Source: Trichlorobacter lovleyi SZ
GTDB lineage: Bacteria; Desulfobacterota; Desulfuromonadia; Geobacterales; Pseudopelobacteraceae
Direction: 5' to 3'
Length of the DNA stretch: 32,000 nt
Assembly: GCF_000020385.1 (NCBI RefSeq)
Contig: NC_010814.1
Coordinates: 2,580,001 to 2,612,000, forward strand
The notes beneath the pieces were generated by a model, which was not told the origin of the DNA, made no database searches, and saw only the letters and a program-made list of their open reading frames with translations. This document shows, in pieces, positions 23,369 through 32,000 of the stretch. The position numbers and the translations under genes were made by a program. The first letter of the stretch is position 1. The number at the start of each line of letters is the position of its first letter.

Positions 23369-25657
23369 TTATCCCGTCTGCCCAGCCAGCACCCGTTCCG
23401 GTGTCAACGGGCCATGGCAAAGCCGCACGCCACAGGCATCAGCCACGGCATTGGCAACCGCAGGCAAGGGGCCGTTCATGGCCACCTCACCGATCCCCTT
23501 CATACCAAAGGGGCCGGTCTCTTCCGGCTCTCCCTGGGCTGCAATGGAGATAATCTCCGGGATATCCAGGCTACCGGGAATCAGGTAGGTGGCAAAATCC
23601 GGGGTCTTTACCATGCCACCCTGCACCGCAAAATCCTCCATCAAGGCATAGCCCAGACCTTGCCCTACCCCGCCCTGCACCTGCTGATCAAACATGCCTG
23701 GGTTCAGCACCCTGCCGCCGTCAGTCACGGCCAGGTAGTCGCAGACCGTGATCTGGCCGGTCAGGCTGTCCACCTCCAGCCGCACCAGATGGGCGCCATA
23801 CCCAAAGATCACATGGGGAAAGCCGATAAAGAAGCCTTTGGCAGTGGCAGGCACCTCTTTGCAGGTGGGGGCCACGTACTGGCCCAGGCAGACCCGTTCT
23901 TCCGGCTGCATGTAGCCAGCCAGCGCAACAAGACTGATCTCTTTCTGGCTGGGCAGATGGACCACCCTGCCCGGCTGCAGTTCCAGGCCATCATTATCCT
24001 GCAGAAACAGGATCATCCCGGCCCAGTTGAGCAGGCGGGACTTGAGTTCTTCAGTTGCGGTGATCAATGCCTTGCCAAAGGTGTAGGTGGTGCGGCCAGC
24101 TGAGGATGAGCCGGAGGGATAGGCGGTGCGGGTATCAGGCTGTTTCAATAGGACACGGGGAGCATCCTGTGACAGGATATGTCCGGCGATCTGCAGAAAG
24201 GCCGAGGAGTTGCCCTGACCCATGTCAGCCACTGCATTATGGATCAGAAAAGTGCCTTCCGGGGTCAGCTCTATCTTGGCAGTGGCAGCATCCCGCACCC
24301 CACCACCGTACCCGGCAGCATTAAAAACCGAAGCAAGACCAATGCCGCGCTTTTTGTACGCTGGCGCTGCTGCCTTCCATTGTTCCCGCTCCTGCCAGTA
24401 CGGGTGTTGTTGCAGCTGTTCCAGACAGGTCTTGATACCGGTGGAGCTGGTTAAACGGACACCGGCGCAGTTTTCATCTCCCCGCACCAAAGCATTTTTC
24501 AGACGCAGCTCCAGCGGGTCCATGCCCAACTTAGTGGCCAGCAGATCCATCATGGATTCAAAGCCAAAGCTGGCCTGACAGACCCCAAAGGCCCGCATGG
24601 CCCCGGCAACCGGGTTGTTGGTGTAGACGCACCAGCCTTCAATCAGGGTATGGGGGATGCGGTAGGGACCACCGGCATGCTCCATGCCCAGCTCCATCAC
24701 CTCGGCCCCCAGGTGGGCATAGGCGCCGGTGTCGTACCAGAGCCTGGCATGCAGCGCCTGCAGGGTGCCGTCTGCTGCAGCGCCCAGTTTATATTCCATC
24801 CTGCAGGCATGGCGTTTGTAGCCTGCCTTGAAGCTCTCTTCCCGATCCCACTGCATCCGCACCCAGCGTCCGCCTGCGTGTTGTGCTGCCAGCCCCAGCA
24901 GGCACTGTACGGTAGCGCCGTCCTTGCCGCCAAAACCGCCCCCCAGCGAAGGGGCAACAATCCGGATCTTGCCCCAGGGGATGCCCAGGGCATGGCTGAT
25001 CTCAAAGCGGTCACGGAACGGGGATTGGGTGGAGACCTCCATCAGCAGGCCGCCATCTTCCTCCATGCGGGCCAGACCGCTTTCGGTTTCCAGAAAGGCG
25101 TGGGCCTGTACCGGAGTGCTGAAGCTGCCTTCAACCACCACGCTACAGTCTGCAAAGCCATCCAGACCAGTGCCTTTGCAGATGCTGGCCTGGGCCAGCA
25201 GGTTGTTGGGCTTGTCTTCATGGATCAGCGGTGCATCCGCTGCCAGGGCTGCATCCAGATCAAAGAGACCGGGCAGCGGTTCAAGCTGCAGCTGTACCGC
25301 AGCAATGCCACGCTGCAGCGCTTCTTTGGTCTCTGCCAGCACCAGGGCCAGCGGATCGCCGCAGTAGCGCACCACCTCATTACACAGCACCGGCATATCT
25401 TTATGGATGATCCCCTGACGGTTGCTGGCAATAACATCAGCAGCGGTCAGTACCTTGACCACACCGGGCAGTGCTGCTGCAGCCGTGGTATCAATGCTGA
25501 TGATCCGCCCGCAGGCCAGGTTGGAGCGGACCGCACCGGCCCAGAGGCAGTCTTGCGGATACAGATCAGCAGCGTACCGTTCTGTGCCGGCTGCCTTGGC
25601 AGCGGCATCGCCGCGGGGATGGGCCGTTCCTATGCTGAGCGGTGTAACGCCGGCCAT
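23369..25657 (-). CDS. molybdopterin-binding large subunit of a xanthine dehydrogenase/aldehyde oxidase-family hydroxylase
   Basis: 762 aa. N-terminal hammerhead-like GTERYAADL..AGAVRS..GRIISIDT..ALPGVVKVLTAADV, and the GGGFGGK motif (SLGGGFGGKDG). Confidence 0.9.
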   Translation of the reverse strand: MAGVTPLSIGTAHPRGDAAAKAAGTERYAADLYPQDCLWAGAVRSNLACGRIISIDTTAAAALPGVVKVLTAADVIASNRQGIIHKDMPVLCNEVVRYCGDPLALVLAETKEALQRGIAAVQLQLEPLPGLFDLDAALAADAPLIHEDKPNNLLAQASICKGTGLDGFADCSVVVEGSFSTPVQAHAFLETESGLARMEEDGGLLMEVSTQSPFRDRFEISHALGIPWGKIRIVAPSLGGGFGGKDGATVQCLLGLAAQHAGGRWVRMQWDREESFKAGYKRHACRMEYKLGAAADGTLQALHARLWYDTGAYAHLGAEVMELGMEHAGGPYRIPHTLIEGWCVYTNNPVAGAMRAFGVCQASFGFESMMDLLATKLGMDPLELRLKNALVRGDENCAGVRLTSSTGIKTCLEQLQQHPYWQEREQWKAAAPAYKKRGIGLASVFNAAGYGGGVRDAATAKIELTPEGTFLIHNAVADMGQGNSSAFLQIAGHILSQDAPRVLLKQPDTRTAYPSGSSSAGRTTYTFGKALITATEELKSRLLNWAGMILFLQDNDGLELQPGRVVHLPSQKEISLVALAGYMQPEERVCLGQYVAPTCKEVPATAKGFFIGFPHVIFGYGAHLVRLEVDSLTGQITVCDYLAVTDGGRVLNPGMFDQQVQGGVGQGLGYALMEDFAVQGGMVKTPDFATYLIPGSLDIPEIISIAAQGEPEETGPFGMKGIGEVAMNGPLPAVANAVADACGVRLCHGPLTPERVLAGQTG

Positions 25658-25660
25658 ACC

Positions 25661-26041
25661 TTAGCCGGCCTGCCCGAGCTGCCCGTCAATACAGGCCAGC
25701 AGGTCGCTGAAGACAACCGGTTTTGCCAGGAAGGTATGGCTGCCGATCTGGCTGCCGGTTGGCTCCACCTCTTTCTTGCTGACAATGGCGGTCAGGAAGA
25801 TGATCGGCACCCGCGCAAGCTGCGGTTCTTCTGCAAAGGCAGCAGCCACCGAGCCGCCATCCATCTCGGGCATCATGACGTCAAGCAGCACCAGGTCCGG
25901 CCTGAACTGCCGGGCGGTCTCGAGCGCCTGGGTCGGATCATTGAGATCACGCACCTCAAAGCGCCCTGTGGCCTCAAGGTTACGTCGCATCATTCTGGTT
26001 ACCCCGGCCTCATCATCCACCAGCAGAATACGTTTTTTCAT
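25661..26041 (-). CDS. response regulator, receiver domain only (CheY-like)
   Basis: KRILLVDDE..DLVLLDVMMPEMDG..IIFLTA..LAKP. ATGA overlap with the kinase, and the stop lies 3 nt before the large-subunit start. Confidence 0.9.
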   Translation of the reverse strand: MKKRILLVDDEAGVTRMMRRNLEATGRFEVRDLNDPTQALETARQFRPDLVLLDVMMPEMDGGSVAAAFAEEPQLARVPIIFLTAIVSKKEVEPTGSQIGSHTFLAKPVVFSDLLACIDGQLGQAG

Positions 26042-27090
26042 GGCTGTGCATCTCCCTTTGGCAGTGTAAACAACAGTAGCGCTTCAGCCCCCTGCCGGTC
26101 ACGCCGGTTGCCCAGTGTGATGACGGCATGGTGCAGTTCAAGAATCTTCCCGGTTACCGACAGGCCAAGCCCGGTGCCGACCCCCACCGGCTTGGTGGTA
26201 AAAAACGGATCAAACAGTTTTGTCACAACCTCTTCCGGGATACCTTTGCCGGTATCCGCGATCCTGATCATGACCGCCTGCTCACCTGCTGCCGCTGCGG
26301 TCTGGCCGCTGCCGAAGGCGGCCAGGTCTGCAGGGCAGAGCCGGTGCAGTGCAACGCTGACCGTCAGCGAACCGCCTTCCGGCATGGCATGCACCGCATT
26401 CATGAACAGGTTGATAAAGACCTGCTTCAGCTTGTTTCTGTCCAGCAGCAAAAGCGGAATATCGCCTGCCGCCTCACGTACCACCGCAATATGCCCGCTG
26501 TTCAGTTCATGGCGGACCAGCAACAGTGAATCATCAATGACGGTCTGCAGGTCCGCCTCCTGCAGATCAAGCTGCTCCGAGCGGGAAAAGTCCAGCATCC
26601 CCTTGATGACACGGTCGGCCCGCTGCACCGCATCGGCCATATCCATGACCGTTTCATACCAGAGCGGGGTATCCTTGAGCTGATCGGCAAGAAAGTCGGT
26701 CCCGAGCTGGATGATGGCCAGCGGATTCTTGACCTCATGGGCAACCCCGGCCGCCAGCCGCCCCACGGTCTCCATCTTGGCCTGTTGAATCAGCTGCATC
26801 TGGGCCTGCTGCAGTTCCTGCAACGACTGCTGCAGCCGCTGGTTCGTCACGGTCAGTTCATCCCGGGTCCTGGTCAGATCATCAATCATCTGCTCCAACC
26901 GGAACTCACGGGCCTCGATCTTGACCGCCATCATGCCGAACGCCTCGGCAAACCTCGCAACAACCGGGGGGTACCGGCCGTCATCAGTCATGGCAAAGAT
27001 CTGCTCATGCCCCTCATAACGCCCCATTGACAGCTTTTCAGCGGCAACGATCAGCTGCTCAAGCAACTCTTCAACCTGACGGGAATACAT
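26038..27090 (-). CDS. cytoplasmic sensor histidine kinase
   Basis: No hydrophobic helices. Coiled-coil segment, H-box AAGVAHEVKNPLA, N-box FINLFMNAVHAM, G-boxes DTGKGIP and GTGLGLSV. Confidence 0.85.
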   Translation of the reverse strand: MYSRQVEELLEQLIVAAEKLSMGRYEGHEQIFAMTDDGRYPPVVARFAEAFGMMAVKIEAREFRLEQMIDDLTRTRDELTVTNQRLQQSLQELQQAQMQLIQQAKMETVGRLAAGVAHEVKNPLAIIQLGTDFLADQLKDTPLWYETVMDMADAVQRADRVIKGMLDFSRSEQLDLQEADLQTVIDDSLLLVRHELNSGHIAVVREAAGDIPLLLLDRNKLKQVFINLFMNAVHAMPEGGSLTVSVALHRLCPADLAAFGSGQTAAAAGEQAVMIRIADTGKGIPEEVVTKLFDPFFTTKPVGVGTGLGLSVTGKILELHHAVITLGNRRDRQGAEALLLFTLPKGDAQP

Positions 27091-27334
27091 CCATGCACCT
27101 CCTGGGCAGCATGCTGCTCCGGTGAATCAGCTGCGCGTCTCTGGCAGACAGGGGGAACCGGATCGGCACAGGGGAGAGAAGAACTGGAAGGAGGTGATAC
27201 AGGTGATAGCCGAAACGGGCAGCCCATCCGGCAGCAGACGGCCCCTGCAGAGCTGCAGGAGCCGGGAGGAACAGGGAGGTGCAGAGCTGCCCATGCATCG
27301 GTTTTATAGAAAGGTCTCGCTATGCTGCCGCGGT

Positions 27335-27670
27335 TTACTGAAACGAGGCGCAGGCAGCTTCTACAGAGGGGAATGAGGGCAGTATGCTCAGGAAACCGGA
27401 GATCCTGAACACCTCTTCGACCGTCCCCCCCAGGCAGCAGAGCGCCAGTATGCCATTGTGGGTCTTGAGCTGTTTGGCAGCAGCCAGCAGGGAACGCAAT
27501 CCGGCGCTGCTGATGTAGTCAACCCCTTGCAGATTCAGGACCAGACGGGTTATGCCGCCTGCGCGCTGCTCATTGAACCAGCGGTCAAACTCAACCGTGG
27601 TCATGGCATCCATCCTGCCGGTGAGCGTGGCAATCGTAATCCCATCCTGCACAGCTGACATGATCTGCAT
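27335..27670 (-). CDS. STAS-domain protein (anti-sigma-factor antagonist family), second copy
   Basis: 111 aa, ITIATLTGRMDAMTT..VDYISSAGLRSLLAAAKQL.. Paralogous to 7719-8057. Confidence 0.85.
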   Translation of the reverse strand: MQIMSAVQDGITIATLTGRMDAMTTVEFDRWFNEQRAGGITRLVLNLQGVDYISSAGLRSLLAAAKQLKTHNGILALCCLGGTVEEVFRISGFLSILPSFPSVEAACASFQ

Positions 27671-27702
27671 GGTGTCCCCTCCTCAGTTCAGAGATGATCT
27701 AA

Positions 27703-28044
27703 TCAAAACTTCCAGAGTATAAAGCCGTTCGGTGAGGCACGATTCCATTCCTTGCGGCTGATATGGCCGCTCTTATCCGTATCAATCGTGCCAAAAAGGC
27801 GCTGCTTTTGTGCTTCGGTCAGGGCAGCGGCATCCCCCTGCTTGACCATATCGCGATGCAGCACCTGCTGCTGCCCTTTGGCGTCTTTGACCACAACCAG
27901 ATCCGACTTGAGCAGCTCATCACGGCTGATCCGACCGTTTTTATCGGCATCAAGCCGGTTAAAGACCGCTTCGTCACCGGCATTCCCCGCCACCGGGCCA
28001 AGTACTGTCAACGCTGTTGCCGCACACACTATCAACTGCTTCAT
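27703..28044 (-). CDS. secreted EF-hand calcium-binding protein
   Basis: Signal peptide plus two canonical 12-residue loops, DADKNGRISRDE and DTDKSGHISRKE. Confidence 0.75.
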   Translation of the reverse strand: MKQLIVCAATALTVLGPVAGNAGDEAVFNRLDADKNGRISRDELLKSDLVVVKDAKGQQQVLHRDMVKQGDAAALTEAQKQRLFGTIDTDKSGHISRKEWNRASPNGFILWKF

Positions 28045-28149
28045 GGTCTGAACATCCTCCTGTAAAGTAATACCTCACGACATGCACTCTTCTGCCAACC
28101 AGCCGCTCGACCTGCCGATGCGGGAAGACCGTCACCGGCTGCGGCGTCG

Positions 28150-28356
28150 CTATCCCCCCAGATACCGGGTAAGTTCTTCGCAGAGGGTCTGGGGATAGAG
28201 CAAACGGGCCGGAATCTTTTCACTGCCAAAGAACTCCTCACGCCAGGGCTGCCGCTTGACCCAGGTCATCAGTTGTTCCCACCCCTGCCAGGTTGAGAAA
28301 TCAACCCCGTGGATATTGGTCAGTTGCTCAAGAAAGGTTTGTTCGTAAGAAGCCAT
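28150..28356 (-). CDS. small hypothetical protein
   Basis: 68 aa, Trp-rich with balanced composition. Weak RBS and no recognised family. Confidence 0.4.
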   Translation of the reverse strand: MASYEQTFLEQLTNIHGVDFSTWQGWEQLMTWVKRQPWREEFFGSEKIPARLLYPQTLCEELTRYLGG

Positions 28357-28434
28357 GCCCTGGACACTCCCTGATTACCTGCTGCCAGTATACCCGGCTT
28401 CGCTCAGTTGGCAACCGCCGGCAAAGAAAAAATG

Positions 28435-29574
28435 CTACGGCCTGCCGTTGATTTGTGACGCGCCCTGCTGCGGCTGTCCGGATTTTTTGATCTCAAGCCG
28501 GGCGCCCGGCGAGACCCGCAGCTGGCCATCAATCACCACCTGTTCAGCAACGGCAAGCCCTTTCTCAATTGCGGTCAGGCCGTTGTAGGCTGCCCCAGTG
28601 ACAACCGGCCGCATCTCAGCGGTCAGGTCTGGCCGCACCACATAGACAAACGTCCCTTTCTGTCCGGTCTGCAGCGCCTGTGAAGGCACCGCCACCACAC
28701 CTTTCCGCTCTGCAAGGGTCAGAGAGACCTGCACAAACTGGCCGGGCCACAGACGACGGTTACGGTTGTCAAAACGTCCCTTTAACTTGATGGTGCCGGT
28801 TGTGGTATCCACCAGGTTATCCAGAAAGCTGACCTGCCCCCGTTCGACGATCCCTCCCGGCAGCTCTGCCTCCACGGCCATCCTGCCTTCGGCCATCCGT
28901 CCCCGGACCGCTGCCAGCTCCCGCTCCGGCAGGCTGAAGGTCACATAGATCGGTGCAATGGCATTCAAGGTCACCAGGGTGGTCTTGTTGGCCTCAACCA
29001 CGTTCCCCCGGCTGACCGCCAGATTACCCAGGCGACCGGCAATCGGCGCGGTCATGGTGGTGTAGGAGAGCTGCACCCGGGCATTTTCAACAGCAGCCTT
29101 GTCGGCCTCGACATCTGCTGCGGCAGAGTCCGCTTTTGTGCGGTATGCCTCTGCCTGTTCCTGGGTCACAATGCCTTCTTTGACCAGCTGGGCATAGCGG
29201 TGATAATCCTTGAGGGCGTTCTCCATGATGACCCGGTTGCGGGCCAGCGACGCTTCGGCCTTTTTGAGCGCGGCCTGGTATGAGCGGGGATCCATCTGAA
29301 ACAGCTTCTGCCCCCGGCTGACTTCCTGGCCTTCTGTAAAAAAAACAGCGGACAGTTCGCCGGAGATCTGGGGCCGCACCACCACGCTTTCGGTCGCCTC
29401 AACGGTTCCAACCGCAACCAGGCGCTGGGGAATATCGGCCGTGCCGACAACGGCAACCAGCACCGGTGCAGGAGGACGGCCCTGTTTCTTTTCTGCCTTT
29501 TTCGTGCAACCGCTACCGGCGGTCACAGCTACCAGTACGAGCAGGGTAGTCATGCTGCGCAACACAAGACTCAT
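28435..29574 (-). CDS. efflux transporter periplasmic adaptor (membrane-fusion protein, AcrA/MexA family) lipoprotein
   Basis: Start set at ATG 29574 (MSLVLRSMTTLLVLVAVTAGSGC, lipobox) with GGAG upstream. Coiled-coil hairpin region and barrel-sandwich pattern typical of RND adaptors. Confidence 0.85.
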   Translation of the reverse strand: MSLVLRSMTTLLVLVAVTAGSGCTKKAEKKQGRPPAPVLVAVVGTADIPQRLVAVGTVEATESVVVRPQISGELSAVFFTEGQEVSRGQKLFQMDPRSYQAALKKAEASLARNRVIMENALKDYHRYAQLVKEGIVTQEQAEAYRTKADSAAADVEADKAAVENARVQLSYTTMTAPIAGRLGNLAVSRGNVVEANKTTLVTLNAIAPIYVTFSLPERELAAVRGRMAEGRMAVEAELPGGIVERGQVSFLDNLVDTTTGTIKLKGRFDNRNRRLWPGQFVQVSLTLAERKGVVAVPSQALQTGQKGTFVYVVRPDLTAEMRPVVTGAAYNGLTAIEKGLAVAEQVVIDGQLRVSPGARLEIKKSGQPQQGASQINGRP

Positions 29575-29652
29575 GGACAACTCCGAAACACCCCAAGTGG
29601 TATAGTACGTTGTAAAATTGGCTGTATAGCACAAAACAGCGTTACTGACACG

Positions 29653-29680
29653 AAAAAGCCCCTGGCAGGTTGGCAGAGGC
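29653..29680 (-). terminator. candidate intrinsic terminator after the ferritin-like gene
   Basis: On the minus strand, GCCUCUG-N9-CAGGGGC forms 7 bp (one G-U) followed by UUUUU. It lies 36 nt past the stop at 29716. Confidence 0.4.
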
Positions 29681-29715
29681 GTTCCGGAAATTCCAGCTGC
29701 GTGGGCGGTGTGCGG

Positions 29716-30207
29716 TCATTCCCGTACAAAGGCATCCATGTCGCTCTCATCCACCATCCCCATGATCCGGGCATATTCGGCCTCGATCAGCAGGTAATGA
29801 TTATGGGTTTCACGGGCATTCAGCTCAAAGACCTCCCTGACCGCCGGATCAGCGATCTGTGCTGCTGTCCCGGCCAGAAATTCCGCCAGTTTCTTTTCTT
29901 TAAGCATCGCCAGCTCAAGGGCCTCTTTTTCGGTGAAGCTGTCATCAATCACCCTGCGCATTGTTGCCAGCCAGCTTGATCCGGCATCCGGCGGTGCATC
30001 AAGAAACGCCTCCAGCGAAGGGATATCGGTGCCCTGATAGATCCTGTAATAGTGTCCGGCATGCTCACGCTCTTCAGCAGCCAGAAGTTCAAACATGCGT
30101 CTTGCCCCCTGATCCTTCAGGTAAGCGGCCCCGGCCAGATAGAAATCCATGGCGCTCTTTTCGGTCTGGATAGAATTCCTGATAGCCTGCTGCAGATCGA
30201 TTGACAT
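29716..30207 (-). CDS. ferritin-like / rubrerythrin-family di-iron protein
   Basis: Start set at ATG 30207 (MSIDLQQAI), after CAGGAGGAA. Helical repeats with EKSAMDFY..AAEEREHAGHY and EKKLAEFL..ARETHNHY (ExxH-type ligands). Confidence 0.6.
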   Translation of the reverse strand: MSIDLQQAIRNSIQTEKSAMDFYLAGAAYLKDQGARRMFELLAAEEREHAGHYYRIYQGTDIPSLEAFLDAPPDAGSSWLATMRRVIDDSFTEKEALELAMLKEKKLAEFLAGTAAQIADPAVREVFELNARETHNHYLLIEAEYARIMGMVDESDMDAFVRE

Positions 30208-30320
30208 GGTTTCCTCCTGAACAAGATGACATGTATCGCTCTTTTGATAATACTCTGCCGGGTAAAGATCAAGCCCTATCGGAGACAAGTTTTGTCCTTT
30301 TTTGCAACACCGCTTAACAA

Positions 30321-30349
30321 TTGACATCCATACCGCTCCATGCAATAAA
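30321..30349 (+). promoter_or_regulatory. sigma70-like promoter for ettA
   Basis: TTGACA (30321-30326), a 17-nt spacer, then AATAAA (30344-30349), about 34 nt before the GTG start. Confidence 0.45.
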
Positions 30350-30382
30350 AAACTCCTTTATAAACAGCGGAGGTGGACGTTC

Positions 30383-32000
<1,618 letters not shown>

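Noticed and set aside
24650-26683. 677-aa plus-strand ORF, the longest plus-strand ORF in the track
   Set aside because: It is antisense to three well-supported genes: the Mo large subunit, the receiver and the kinase. It is an open antisense frame of the kind common in GC-rich DNA, and no recognisable motifs are present.
27091-27334. CCTGCAG-AG-CTGCAGG dyad and GGCAGC direct repeats in the 244-nt gap upstream of the cytoplasmic kinase
   Set aside because: The dyad has a 2-nt centre, so it cannot fold as RNA, and it consists of two PstI-like hexamers that are frequent in GC-rich DNA. No promoter consensus could be aligned, which is too weak to report as a site.

Overview
GC-rich bacterial chromosomal segment: hand-counted 60-nt lines in the core regions give about 60-68 % G+C. 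The gene content resembles Geobacter-like Desulfuromonadota (delta-60-repeat lipoprotein, GSU2403-like nucleotidyltransferase-fold protein). This taxonomic guess is inference only. All family calls below come from reading motifs in the translations; no database search was possible.

The window falls into four blocks.

(i) 1-14.9 kb: a tightly translationally coupled locus. It holds four discrete acyl carrier proteins, two FabH-type KAS III enzymes and four paralogous GNAT-like proteins, three of them start/stop-overlapped with an ACP gene. It also holds a HisC-family aminotransferase, a 3-hydroxyacyl-CoA dehydrogenase, an HgdB/BcrB-family subunit and an MFS transporter. The small and medium subunits of a molybdenum hydroxylase sit here with XdhC and MocA maturation genes, plus a STAS protein. 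I cannot match this composition to any characterised pathway, and it is my main candidate for an undescribed system.

(ii) 14.9-18.3 kb: a delta-60-repeat lipoprotein and a small secreted protein lie directly upstream of the ACP operon, followed by a histidine kinase / receiver-only regulator pair.

(iii) 18.35-23.35 kb: a visibly AT-richer islet (hand-counted lines 42-55 % G+C). It contains a secreted cystatin-like protein, a 5'-truncated vapC remnant, a nucleotidyltransferase-fold protein, a DUF2007-like membrane protein, a lipoprotein-anchored CDA-fold deaminase and an orphan protein with a C-terminal HEPN-like Rx4H motif. Several perfect palindromes punctuate it.

(iv) 23.4-32 kb: the missing molybdopterin-binding large subunit, co-oriented with a second kinase/receiver pair. 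Then come a second STAS protein, a secreted EF-hand protein, an orphan efflux adaptor, a ferritin-like protein and a partial ettA.

No rRNA, tRNA, CRISPR array, transposase or integrase was recognised.
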